Shown here: piece by piece, positions 40,481-54,185 of the stretch | Layout of the letters: every line of letters begins with the position of its first letter | How positions within the stretch are numbered: position 1 is the first letter of the stretch | Source: Octopus vulgaris | Taxonomy: Eukaryota | Direction of reading: 5' to 3' | Assembly: GCA_951406725.2 (NCBI GenBank) | Contig: OX597836.1 | Coordinates: 32,860,001 to 32,924,000 of the forward strand | Length of the DNA: 64,000 nucleotides | Notes under the pieces: model-generated | The model's input: the letters and a program-made list of their open reading frames with translations, nothing else | Told to the model about the DNA's origin: nothing | Databases searched by the model: none | Translations under genes and position numbers: made by a program

Positions 40481-40699
40481 TTCATAGAAACCATAGATTT
40501 CCTATGGTTTCTATGGCCAGATGCCCTTCTTAATGCCAACCACTTTACAGAGTGTACCTGATGCTTTCAACGTGGCACCACACAGCGCCCTTATGTGACA
40601 CTGGCACGAGTGCCTTTTACATGGTACTGGCACAGAAGTTTTGCTGGGGGAGTGGCCTTGCTTTGGAATATCAGTCTTCTTCTCACCTATACTTTAAAT

Positions 40700-40999
40700 C
40701 AGTGGTTTCCAAAGTGGTTGGTACTGCCCCCCCCACCTCTCACTCTGGAACCATTGAAAAAATCCAGGAGGACAGTGAAGAAAACTGGGGTCATAACGGG
40801 GTGACCAAAAAGGGCAGGGTGATGAATATAAAAACAACAAATTAATAGATTAATTAGGTTAAGTTTTATCCATGAAATGCAATTGTTTAGAAATTTGCAG
40901 CGAAAGGTCTATGTTTGTAGTGGTGAGTGGGAGGGGGGTGATAGGAATGTGACCTAGATGCCAAGGGAGCAGCAGCCCACAAAAGCTTGGGAACAACTG
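40700..40999. mobile_element. hAT-type MITE (same family as 7767-8015)
   Basis: TIRs cagtggtttcc / gggaacaactg; imperfect 8-bp TSD ctttaaat / ctttcaac. Confidence 0.7.
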
Positions 41000-41203
41000 C
41001 TTTCAACCATGCACATTTGCAATGGTACTGAATAGAAATCGGAGAGGTCATGGATGGAAAGTCGAAAATGCCATTGCCACTGTGGAAGCGCAAGGGGACA
41101 GCGATCATCTGAGAAGGTAGAGCACTCACCATGTATGTATGTCTGCGTATATAATGATATGTCTCTCGATAAGTATCTATGTATGTGTATGTATGTACAT
41201 ATA

Positions 41204-41247
<44 letters not shown>

Positions 41248-41248
41248 C

Positions 41249-41289
<41 letters not shown>

Positions 41290-41413
41290 CATATATATAT
41301 ATATATAAATCTAGCTGTGAGCATGCATGCAGCAGTCAACAATGCTACTGCTTTGCTACACATTAAATATAAAAGCTCAACACACGTGCCAAGAATATGT
41401 ATTAATAAAGTAT

Positions 41414-41457
<44 letters not shown>

Positions 41458-42057
41458 GTATGTATATATATATATATGTATATATTAATATGTTTATATA
41501 TATGTGTGTATATATTTAATCATGTATATATATATATACACACGCACACACACATATATATATATACACGCACACATATACATATACATATATATTCATT
41601 TTTTGCATGTGTGTGTGTGCATGTGTGTATATATGTATGCATGTATGTATATTTGTAAATATATATATTTGATATATATGTATAAATACATTTATATATG
41701 CATAATAATAGTGTGTATGTGTGTGTGTGTGTTACTCTTCTACACTAAATACTTAAGCAAATTTTACACATGCATTAAATATATACGCACACACACACAC
41801 ACACACATATATCCTCTTTTAATGTTTTTCCAAGATCAAAGTGGATATTTAAATATTTGATGTTTAAATATAATGGATAATGCAGAGTGAAACAAAAACT
41901 ATTAAGAAAATCTGAAATTTGTTCATCATTTCAGTTTTCTGATATCTGTCTCTCTTCCTTTCTCTCCCTCTTTCCCTCCATCTCTCTCTTTCTCTCTCTC
42001 CCCATATTTCTTTCTCTTTCACACACACACACATTATCACCTACACACACATATTTA

Positions 42058-42098
<41 letters not shown>

Positions 42099-42127
42099 GA
42101 TAGTGAGATACATATACAAATGCATAT

Positions 42128-42172
<45 letters not shown>

Positions 42173-42297
42173 CCTCTATTGCATGCTCATAGATAAACAT
42201 GCACACACATTCATATAAATATATCTAGATAGGAACATACATACATGGTTTTCTCTCTCTCTCTCTTTCTCTTTCTCTCTCTCTCGGTCACTATTTC

Positions 42298-42343
<46 letters not shown>

Positions 42344-42518
42344 TACATATACATATATATATATATACACACATACATACACACACACATACATATATAT
42401 ATACATATCCTCATGCAGATATCCATATGCACACATTTCTCTACATATACATATAATATACATATATAAATAAATGTGTGTGTGTGTGTGTGTGTGCACA
42501 CATATGTCTATCTCTCTC

Positions 42519-42556
<38 letters not shown>

Positions 42557-42690
42557 CAGTGTCTCTGAATATGTTTTTCCATTTCCCTTTTTCCCTTTCC
42601 CCGTCTTATAAACCATATAAATACTCTCATATGTTGTCAGTCTTGCATTTAATAGCCATTAAATAAATACACAGTTGGTTGTATGTGTGT

Positions 42691-42735
<45 letters not shown>

Positions 42736-42857
42736 GTTGGTTTCCTTTCATGTATTGCTTTTTAACCCATTATTTTAAACATGTCACCAGTGTAGAGCAC
42801 CGTAATTATGCAAAGAGAGATATCTAAATAGAATGATGCATAATAATAATAATAATA

Positions 42858-42894
<37 letters not shown>

Positions 42895-42898
<4 letters not shown>

Positions 42899-43215
42899 GA
42901 TCTGGAAATAGAGGTAACTTGAATGTGGAGCCTAAATACAGAAACAATTCTTATCATAGTCGGAGCATTAGGTATGATAAAATAAAAACCATTCAGATAA
43001 ATACCTAGCAAAAATATCAGGACTTACGAGTATTTTTAACAGACAAAAAATAGCACCACTAGGTATTGTGCATACATCATACATAAAAGACACTTTCAAT
43101 ATTATTAAAAATAAGAGCACTGCAACAAACCACAGCACCAACCCAAGGCACGCAGCTGTGTTCGGGAGCGTAGTGAAAGTAAGGGATAAAAATAAGATTA
43201 CTGAATTAAAAGAAA
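42895..43215 (+). mobile_element. R4/Dong-type LINE 3' fragment in (AAT)n
   Basis: Diverged copy of 43650-44170; AAT arrays on both sides. Confidence 0.8.
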
Positions 43216-43217
43216 TA

Positions 43218-43254
<37 letters not shown>

Positions 43255-43279
43255 GTAGTAATACTAATAATAATAATAA

Positions 43280-43595
43280 TCCTTTCTACTATAGGCACAA
43301 GGCCTTGGATTTGTGGGGAGAGGACTAGTCAATTACATCGCATCCAGTACATAACTGGTACTTCATTTATCAACCCTAAAAGAACAAAAGGCAAGTCGAC
43401 CTCAGTGGAATTTGAAGTCAGAACATAGTGACAGGCAAAATACTGCCACGTATTTCGTCTAGCACACTAAGAATTCTGTCAGCTTACCGTCTTAAATAGA
43501 CCTTGGCAGCGTTTGAGCTCAGAACACAAAGACGGACGAAATGCATTGAAGCACTTTTCCCGATGTGCTAACAATTCTGCTGGCTCACTGCCTTC

Positions 43596-43596
<1 letters not shown>
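43280..43596 (-). mobile_element. SINE family B copies
   Basis: Reverse-complement family B motifs. Confidence 0.7.
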
Positions 43597-43649
<53 letters not shown>

Positions 43650-43652
<3 letters not shown>

Positions 43653-44170
43653 GAAAAAAGATGGTATAGGCACACACCAGAAAAGGTCTCAGAAAACGAG
43701 AAAGCAACCATACTCTGGGATATGCCGATACACACAGAGAGAGAAATTAAGGCCAACAGACCAGATATAGTTGTCAGAGATCATGAAGAAAAAAATGCTT
43801 TCTAATTGATGTATCAATACCGGCAGATGACAACGTGTCTCTAAAAGAAATGGAGAAACTCTCAAAATACAAAGACCTGGAAATAGAGGTAACTAGAATG
43901 TGGAACCTGAAAACAGAAACAATTCCTATCATAGTAGGTGCATTAGGCATGATAAAAAAATATTCAGACAAATACATAACAAAAACACCAGGACTTACAA
44001 ACACATAACATACAGAAAATTGCACTACTAGGCACTGCACACATCCTACGCAGAACACTTTCCATACAATAACCATCAGAGCATCACAACAAATCACAGC
44101 ACATACCCAAGGCACACAGAGCTGCGCTCGGTAGTGAAGTGAAAGCACGCTATAAAAATAAAACTACTGA
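43650..44170 (+). mobile_element. R4/Dong-type LINE 3' fragment (RLE domain) in (AAT)n
   Basis: WYRHTPEKVSENEKATILWDMPIHT..IKANRPDIVV..CFLIDVSIP..KEMEKLSKYKDL..IPIIVGALG..QKIALLGTAHILR, the PD..D..K..KY restriction-like endonuclease; AAT arrays on both sides. Confidence 0.9.
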
Positions 44171-44189
44171 ATAATAATAATAATAATGA

Positions 44190-44525
44190 TCGTATACCTT
44201 GTGATATGTGATAAGGAAGAAAGAAAAGTCGGTAGACATGACAAGTTAGCTTGGTAGGTTGAGCATTTGTGGTTGCTGAAAAAGGTAGTAGTAGTACCAA
44301 TAACTGTCAGAGCCCTGGGAACAGTGAGTAAAAATATTGAGAAATACATGGAATAAATAGGAGCTGCAATAAGAGTGTAGCACTAGCAGAAAACAGCACA
44401 GCTTGGAACCGGTCAAATACTCCGGATGGTGCTCGAAAAATAAGGGGTGTTACCTTAGTTCACTGGTAATGAACAGCTGGCACCATTGTACATCTCCAGC
44501 ATTAGAAGCTGTGCAAAGAAAATAA
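44190..44525 (+). mobile_element. Second R4/Dong-type family, 3' fragment
   Basis: KVVVVPITVRALGTVSK...QKTAQLGTGQILR; its 3' end recurs on the minus strand at 55300-55410 inside (TTA)n. Confidence 0.7.
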
Positions 44526-44589
44526 CTTTGATAACTTTCGGCCAGTATAAGCCCAGGCTATGTCTAACTTAATAGCACCTCATAATGAA

Positions 44590-45320
44590 ATCTTTTAGTC
44601 TTATATGGCCCACTCTAGCAAAGTGTTATTGTTGTTGGAGACATATCCGAATGTAGGAGGTTGGTCTGGGATTTTTTGAAGAAATTTGTCCAGTGAACAT
44701 TTGAATTTTATGGGATCTGTTTTTGTTTTGACATATTTTGGTATGTTATTAAAGAGAGCTTGACCGGTTGGGGTAAAGCAATTGTAACATAATGTTGCTA
44801 TGTGTACTGAGTTCAATTTTTGTAGTTGGTGGATTGCACAGGGGCCAAATCTTGGATGGATTTTAAAATTGATACCAACATCATTTGTGCAATATTGACG
44901 GAATACTTTCCACATCACACAAATGATGTAGTGCTCCTGGTAGCAGCAGCGTTGGAGAGAGTAGAGATTGAGTTCTTTTTAGTCGACCCCCAATAGGCAA
45001 TGCCTATCATGTTGTCTATCTTTCTTGTTACTGACCTCTGGAGTGCTTCCGCTTTCACAATGAGTTGCTTTGTATGGGGGAGACCACAACGGGCAACAGT
45101 ATTTAAGATGGGATCAAGCAAAAGTAGAGTAGGAAGGATGATGGTGCAGGCAACTCTAGATTGGGAAGTTCTCAGAATCCAGGAGCACATCTTGAGGGTC
45201 AGGTCAACCTTGCTGTTTACATGGGAACTCCAGCTTAAATTGCTGTCAACAATTACTCCCAGGTCTCTGGTATTGTTGGATGACACTAGGGAGTCACCCG
45301 AGGAAAGAGCCCACTTCCTC
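44590..45320 (-). mobile_element. CR1/L2/Jockey-group LINE RT C-terminal fragment
   Basis: RDLGVIVDSNLSWSSHV...EALQRSVTRKI...LFNNIPKYV..FKCSLDKFLQKIPDQP, frameshifted. Confidence 0.85.
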
Positions 45321-45384
45321 CAAAGTTCAGGCCTTGTTCTTTTAGTAGAACGGATTCTTTTATTCTTTTCAGTAATTTGAATGT

Positions 45385-45542
45385 AGCCAAATTGACCCCC
45401 AGGACTTATTCTTTTGTAAGCCTGGTACTTATTCTATCAGTCTCTTTGGCCAAAGCGCTGAGTTACTGGGACATAAACACACACACACACACACAAATAC
45501 ATACATACATACATACATACATACATACATACATACATACAT

Positions 45543-45592
<50 letters not shown>

Positions 45593-45715
45593 TTGTATGA
45601 CAGGCTTCTTTCAGTTTCCCTCTATGAAATCCACTTGCAAGGCTTTAGTCGGTCTGAGGTTATAATAGAAGACAGTCACTAAAAGTGCCACACAGTGGGA
45701 CTGAACCCAGAACCA
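45385..45715 (-). mobile_element. SINE family A
   Basis: Reverse-complement family A with an internal CATA tract. Confidence 0.75.
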
Positions 45716-45802
45716 TATTATTATCGTTATCATTATTATTATCATTATTATTAACGAAAAAAAAAACAAAATTGAAAAAATAAAAGAAATCATTATTATT
45801 GC

Positions 45803-45842
<40 letters not shown>

Positions 45843-46260
45843 GCCGTTGTTGTTGTTGTTATTCCTTCATTTTCATAGTGATGATCATGTTAAATGAAGT
45901 CACATGGCTTAGTGGTTAGGGTATTCAGTTTATGATCGTTAAGTTGTGAGTTCGATTCCTGGTGACACATTGTGCCCTAGAGCAAGACTTTATTTCACAC
46001 TGCTCCAGTCAACTCAGCTGGCAAAAATGAGTAGTACAACAGGCTTCTTTCAGTTTCCATTCACCAAATCCACTCACAAGGCTTTAGTTGACCCAATACT
46101 ATAGTGGACATTTGCCCATGGTGCCATGCAGTGGGACTGAACCCAGAACCATGCGCTTGAGAGGCAAGCTCCTTACCTCACAGCCACACCTGCACTTACA
46201 TATATATAATACATATTTATACATATATATGCGTATGTGTCTGTGTATGTGTGTGTGTGT

Positions 46261-46314
<54 letters not shown>

Positions 46315-47787
46315 TAATTCATGCGTTTCATTTTGAAATCGGCCATTCCACGCCCCTTCCACCCACCGATTCCTGATCTGATTTGATCTGGTCACACAGT
46401 TACTGGAAGTGTGCTGAGCAGTGGTAGCAGCTGTGGCTAAATAAACACACAGAGAGAAAGACAGACAGAGAGAGAGAGAGCAATAGCAGCTAAAAACCCA
46501 TACTAACACACATGAGAATTCCATTCTGCTCTCCAGAAACCAAGACTGACTGACTAGCAAGGACAAGCGAAACTGTTTAAACCACTGCTTCCCTTTCCGC
46601 CTGCCACTATCCTCTTCTGTTTGCAATCTAATTTGGTATTTTAGAGTTGGGACTCCAGTCACCAATTCTACATCCTCCGCACACACACACATACACATAC
46701 ACACACGCGCACACATGCATACATACACACAGGCACTCACACACATACATACACACCCCTACTTCTCCTTTTCTGTGAATTCCCTAGAGCAGAAACCAAA
46801 AGTCAATTAGCGCCAAGACAGATGAAAACTAATTAGGCCTAAAATTGAATTGGAAAGGCGAATTTATTTATGTATTTATTTATTTATACATACATGCAGA
46901 AATGTGTGTGTGTGTGTGTATATTTATATACACACACAAACATACACATATGCATATACACACACATATATATATGTGTGTGTATGTGTATCTATATCAA
47001 AATCTATATCTATATCTATATCTATCTATCTTTCTGTCTACACACACACACACATGCACACACACATATACATACATACATACATATACATATACATACA
47101 CACACACATATATATGAATACATACATATACACACACACACATATATATATACATGCATATATATATACTCACATATACATACATGTATGTGTGTGTATC
47201 TTTTTCTGTCTGTCTATTGCTCTTCCATATACATATTCACACACAAACACATACATATACATATACATGCATATACATACATATATATATACACACATAT
47301 ACATACATGTGTGTGTTTGTATCTTTTTCTGTCTGTCTGTTTGTTGCTCTTCCTGTATTTTCTCTAAATGGATTGTGAAGTGAAGGAAAAAAAAAAAAGA
47401 AGACTTTTTTCACTTGGTGAAGCTGGAAACTATGATGGAGAGAACCATGTATTTATGTATCTCCATCTGTACATCAGTGTGTTTGCATATGTGTCTTTGT
47501 GTGTGTGTGTGTGCATATGTGTCAATAGTGATAATCATAATGCTTGTTTGTCTCTGATGACTAATATATACTTTAGGGCCCCGGTACAGTGTTATATACC
47601 GTTGTGAATTAGTACTAAATTATGAAGCATGACCTTGTCAGAGAGTGGAAAATACATCTCATTTCAAGGGGAGGCAAAGCATTCAGATAATTTGCAAGGT
47701 TTTTGTCCGACCCCCCCCCCCCCCAACCCCCATCCGCCACTCACACACATACACACAAAAAAAAATTTAAGAAAGAAAATTGTTTTT

Positions 47788-48148
47788 GACATGGCATGGC
47801 TGTGTGGCATGAAGTTTGCTTCCGAATCACATGGTACTGGGTTCAGTCCAACAATAAGACACTCTGGGCAAGTGTTTTCTACTATTGCTGCAGGCTGACC
47901 AAAGCTTTGCGAGTGGATATGATACACGGAAACAGAAAGAAGCCCATCATATATATGCAGGCATGGCTGTGTAGTAAGAAGCTTGCTTACGAACCACATG
48001 GTTCCAGGTTCAGTCCCTCTGTGTAGCACCTTGGGAAAGTGTCTTCTACTATTGCCTCAGGCCGACCAACTCCTTGTGAGTGAATTTAGTAGACAGAAAC
48101 TGAAAGAAGCCCATTGTATATATATATACATATATACATACATATATA

Positions 48149-48199
<51 letters not shown>

Positions 48200-48445
48200 A
48201 TGTATGTATATATATATATAAATATATATATATATGTTTGTGTGTTTGTGTCTGTGTTTGTCCCCCACCATTGCTTGACAACCGATGTTGGTGTGTTTCC
48301 GTCCCCATAACTTAGTGGTTCAACAAAAGATACCAATAGAATAAGTACCAGGCTTACAAAGAATAAGTCCAGGGGTCGATTTCTTTGACTAAAAAGCGGT
48401 GCTCCAGCATGGTCACAATCAAAATGACGGGAGCCAGTAAAAGAA
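47788..48445 (+). mobile_element. SINE family A: a 5' half followed by a full copy
   Basis: Heads at ~47788 and ~47958. Confidence 0.8.
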
Positions 48446-48916
48446 TATATATATATATATATATATAATAAAGTTGATTTATTAGCAACTTGCAACTGAA
48501 AGACAGAACTATAGACATCACTAAAGTGATTAAGGGTACTTGTAAGCACCAGCATTGCTAGAAATAAGAGTCAAAACAATCCTTAGGCATGGTAAAGCAC
48601 TTATCTTATGAGTGACAAGGGAGTCAAGCTCCCTACAGCATCTGGCACATGACCAGATCACCAGTGATTTCACATTTATATTAATGATCGTCAGTGGCTC
48701 TTACCCAGCTGCCTAGGGTTAAGCTGGCTTGCCTTGTCAGTTTATAAGATTTTCTGTAGAAATCCCATCATGATTTCAAAAATGGTAAAAGGGAAAATTG
48801 TAAATAAAATGGTGGCTTATTAGCAATTTACACCTGAAAGGCAGAACTATAGATGTCATTATATGTATGTATGCATGTGGACCGTTGTGAATTAGTACTA
48901 AATTAGTACTAAATGT

Positions 48917-49324
48917 AGGTGCAGGAGTGGCTGTGTGGTAAGTAGCTTGTTTACCAACCACATGGTTCCAGGTTCAGTTCTACTGCTTGGCACCTTGGGC
49001 AAGTGTCTTCTACTATAGCCTCGGGCCAACCAAAGCCTTGTGAGTGGATTTGGTAGACGGAAACTGAAAGAAGCCCGTCGTATATATGTATATATATCTG
49101 GGTGTGTGCGTGTTTGTGTGTCTGTGTTTGTCACCCTAGCATTGCTTCACAACCGATGCTGGTGTGTTTATGTCCCTGTTACTTAGCGGTTCGGCAAAAG
49201 AGACCGATAGAATAAGTACTGGGCTTACAAAAAGAATAAGTCCTGGAGTCGAGTTGCTCAATTAAAGGCGGTGCTCCAGCATGGCCGCAGTCAAATGACT
49301 GAAACAAGTAAAAGAGTAAAGAGT
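48917..49324 (+). mobile_element. SINE family A, full length
   Basis: Near-consensus copy. Confidence 0.9.
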
Positions 49325-49432
49325 ATGTGTGCATGTGTGTTTTGTTACCTTGACATCACATGATAGTTGTTAATGGTTTGTCAATGCCATGGAAGCTGTG
49401 TCATTCATTTCTATTATTCTGTGAAAACATCT

Positions 49433-49965
49433 GACCATGAGGAAATATTACCGGGCTTGGACCATGAGGAAATATTACCGGGCTCGGACCATGAGGAAAT
49501 ATTACCGGGCTTGGACCATGAGGAAATATTACTGGGCTCGGACCATGAGGAAATATTACCGGGCTTGGACCATGAGGAAATATTACCAGGCTTGGACCAT
49601 GAGGAAATATTACCGGGCTTGGACCATGAGGAAATATTACCGGGCTCAGACCATGAGGAAATATTATCGGGCTTGGACCATGAGGAAATATTACCGTGCT
49701 TGGACCATGAGGAAATATTACTGGGCTCGGACCATGAGGAAATATTACTGGGCTCGGACCATGAGGAAATATTACTGGGCTCGGACCATGAGGAAATATT
49801 ACCGGGCTTGGACCATGAGGAAATATTACCGGGCTTGGACCATGAGGAAATATTACCAGGCTTGGACCATGAGGAAATATTACCGGGCTTGGACCATGAG
49901 GAAATATTACCGGGCTCGGACCATGAGAAATATTACCGGGCTCGGACCATGAGGAAATATTACCG
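49433..49965. repeat. 27-bp minisatellite, ~20 copies
   Basis: Unit accatgaggaaatattaccgggct(t/c)gg; embedded in a repeat that ends with caggaagagcatccagctgtagaaa and a GAT-like tail. Confidence 0.97.
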
Positions 49966-50639
49966 TGCTCACCTTCCTCTTCAAGTGATACTTGAAGAAG
50001 TTGATGAGAGATTCACCAGAGAGGAAAGTGTTTGGCAGCAGGAAGAGCATCCAGCTGTAGAAAATCTGTCTGGATAAACTCTGTGCAACCCATTCAAGCA
50101 TATATAAAAGTGAACTTTAAAATGACGATGACTACTGCGATGATGAGGAGGATGATGACAAAGCATGCTTTGTTTCTGCTCCTAGATATTTTTGTTTTGT
50201 GTGTGTGGTATCCTTGTTTCAAACTACACTGAACCTATAAGCTTTCCCAGTAAGGCACAATTATATTAGCCTATAGGATCAACCACTTCCCAACAAGCCT
50301 TGCCATAGTGAAAATCAAATTTAAATCGGAATGACAGGACTGAGGATTTTCTTTTTATTCTTTCATTTTTATTTTATTTCATTTTATTTCATTTCATTTT
50401 ATTTATTTCTCTATTTGTTTCTTTCTGTCTTTCTTTCTTTGTGTAAGCAACCAGGGGATAGTGGGGGTACTGGATTCGAAGCAGAAAGGGAAAACACTGT
50501 CCTCTGTATACGTCAGCTTATCTCTCTCTCTCTCCCTCTCTTTCTTTCTCTCCCTCCCTCTCCCTCTCTCTCCTCTCTTTCTCTTTCATAGGCATGCACA
50601 GATAAATTGATAGATCGGTAAATGGATGAATGGATAGAT

Positions 50640-50709
50640 AGCTAGATAGACAAATACATACATACATACCTACATACATACATGCATATATACATAAACA
50701 GATAGATAG

Positions 50710-50740
<31 letters not shown>

Positions 50741-50770
50741 GATAGTTGGATAGATAGATAGATATATAGT

Positions 50771-50805
<35 letters not shown>

Positions 50806-50815
50806 GTAGATAAAT

Positions 50816-50888
<73 letters not shown>

Positions 50889-50910
50889 GGGTAGATAGAT
50901 AGATAGATAT
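50640..50910. repeat. (GATA)n microsatellite
   Basis: Seen directly; continues at 51780-51980. Confidence 0.95.
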
Positions 50911-51780
50911 ATTTCTTTATTGGCCACACAGCAACGAGAGGGGGCATCCCTGACAGACTGAACGTTCAATGTCGAAAGGTCTCTATAGATGTCCATTCAC
51001 ACAAATTACTGAATGGATGCCTCTGTACAAGGCAGCTATCCTGCTGCAGAAGATGGGACCGAAACCAGCCGCTATGAGGACAGCCTCCAAGTATTGATGG
51101 TCTACCCAATCGAAAGCTTTCGATTGATCCAATGCCAGGTTCCTTAACTACCTTATCTATGATGTAGCGCATCAGATGGAAGTTGTCATGGATGCTCCGG
51201 CCCGGCACGGTGCACAATTGCACCTTGTCAACTAGTTTCTCGATGACAAGCGCCAATCTCCTGGCTAACACCTTGGCCAAAATTTTCAAATCTGCATTGA
51301 GCAGAGTGATGGCCCTAAAGTTAACTGTTATGTACCCCTTGTTTTGATCTTTCTTCAGCAGCATTACGGGTCCTTGGTTCACAAAACCAGGGTTGCTCCC
51401 GTTTTGCTGCCAGTTGCAGTACACTAATGCCAAGATGTCTCCAAACAAGTCTGGCATACAACTGTAAAGCTCGTAGTGTAGACCATCCAAACCCAGCGAT
51501 TTGTCCCTTGAGCATTCTGCCATCGCTTCCCGCACTTCCGCTGTCATGATGGGACCTTTGCAGCACTCTGCCTCTTTTGTCGAGAGTCATGGCAGGCTGT
51601 GCAGGTAGGCACTGAATTCCACCCTGCATTCTTGCTCGCCATTCATCCCAAACATTCGGGCAAAATGCTGTTGAAAAGCCTCACACATTTTACTTGGCTC
51701 GAGTAATTCACGCCCCTGTTCATCTACCAGAGACTGAATGATGGCTTTGTTGCCCTGTTGTGCCTCCGCCACCTGGGCCT
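50908..51780 (-). mobile_element. L1/Tx1-clade LINE RT fragment flanked by (GATA)n
   Basis: KSLGLDGLHYELY...LLKKD..NFRAITLLNADLKILAKVLARRL..Q...PGRSIHDN...[10 protein letters not shown] (RT N-terminus to domain 4). Confidence 0.9.
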
Positions 51781-51796
51781 AGATAGATAGATAGAC

Positions 51797-51862
<66 letters not shown>

Positions 51863-51879
51863 TCAGATAGATAGATAGG

Positions 51880-51911
<32 letters not shown>

Positions 51912-52735
51912 CAGATAGATGGATAGATGGATGGATGGATGGATGGATGGACGGACGGACGGATGGATGGATAGCTAGATTTAGATATGTATGCTTGCAC
52001 TTACAATGCCTGTGTGTGTGAATGTCTGCATATGTGTATGTGTGTGTGTGTGTGTGTGCATGTGTGTGTGTGAGTGCATGTGTTCATGTGTGTATGTACA
52101 CATGTACATTAAAATCAAATACTGAATTATGTTATAGCACTGTGGCTAGACAAAATATTTACCATATTGGGGCCATATCATTCATTCTTTAGTTTTTCTC
52201 ACAGTAAATTATATTTTTGCTTTTTTACTCAAATTCCTTTTGCTAAAGCAGGCCACCATTAGTCTCTTTAAATTCTATAGATCATACATGTTTGAGAATG
52301 TGTATGTATGTATGTATTCATATTTGTATACATATATACACAGACACACATAAATGTATACATAAATAGAAGGATATACGTATATTCATATCAATACACA
52401 TATATATAGATTTAAATGCATAATTTTATATTCATATACACACACACATATATACATACACATATTTATAAGTATATACTGTACACTTCTGATAATGTAT
52501 ATATATATACATATATATATATATACACACATCTACACACACATATATACATGCATATACACACACACATATACACATGCATATATACATATATATACAT
52601 ATATATATATACATATATATGCATATATATATATACATACATATGTGCATATACATACACACACACACACATATATACATTATATATATATATATATACA
52701 CACATATATACACATGCATATATACATATATATAA

Positions 52736-52790
<55 letters not shown>

Positions 52791-53542
52791 CATACATATA
52801 CATACACAACACACATATATATATACATTATATATATATATGCATATGTGTGTGTGTATATATATATACACACACACATATATGCATTTATATTATATAA
52901 ATACTCGAACGCACACACATGCACACAATCTCTCTCTCTCTCCTTCTCCCTCCCCTTGTCTCTCTCTCTCTCATCTTCTTTCTATTCCTCTCTGTATCTC
53001 TCCTTGCGGTTGTGGAGACAGCAGAGTCAGTCCATTTCTTAGGTTTCCTAGAAGCTAAGTGAACCAGCCATTCCATTTATCAAGCTGGGCAAAAATAAAC
53101 ACGAAGAAAGCTAAAACAATTTCTAAACAAACATTAAGAGTGCCAAGTTCTGTCTGTAAATACAAGATCCAAGTCTTTTACTTAATGGTAGAATTTTTAC
53201 CGAATTTCCTCACTCCTCTATTAATGATCTGTGCAAAAAGATGAATGAAATAACATCTTAGTTGTCAGCTGGGATTGAACTAAAGTTGTTTTTTTTTAAT
53301 GTTTCTCCAACTACACATACACAAACACACACAAATATACACATGCACACATATATACTCATACACATGTACATACACAGATACACACACACTCACTTTG
53401 CTGACTAAACATCATTGATAAGTGATTCTTATTTTTTAAAATCCTTCGTGTATATTGTACAGTTTACATATATGCATGTATTTGCATATGTATATATGAG
53501 TATATATGTGTGTATGTATATATATATGTATATATAAATATC

Positions 53543-53645
<103 letters not shown>

Positions 53646-54185
53646 AAGTAAATATATGGCACAACGAAGTACCGATATTTACTCTCGTATTGCATTACTA
53701 TTTTTATATATATATACATATATATATGAGTGTGTGTTAGTGAATATATATATAGATATACATATGTGTGTGTGTGTGTGTTGAAATGTTTTTGGAAAAA
53801 ATACTCAAAGCAATCACAATATTTAAAGAAAAATTTTGCTAAAAGTTAACTATTTAAAAAAATATTTTGAGAAAACAGAATGACATAAACCTTTTGGAAT
53901 GAAGATTGCGTATTGTGTGTGTGAGCGCTTTCATTGTTCAACTTTTCTAATATGGGTTACGGACTTTATATGTGTGTGTGTGTGTGTGTACATCAGAGTG
54001 ATAGACAGACAGACAAACAGACAGAGAGTTTGTATTTTACTTTTTTTTGCTGGTAAAGTTTGGTGATTAGCTTGTTGTTGAGATTTCCCTATTTTCTCTT
54101 GTTTTCGTCTTAATGCAGAGAAGAGATGTATTAATATTTTTTACAAAAGTGTTTAGTTTTTAGAAGCATGGTTTAGCATTCAGCT

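Noticed and set aside
49433-49965. CRISPR-like array or repeat-protein gene
   Set aside because: Contiguous tandem units with no unique spacers, eukaryotic context, embedded in a retroelement.
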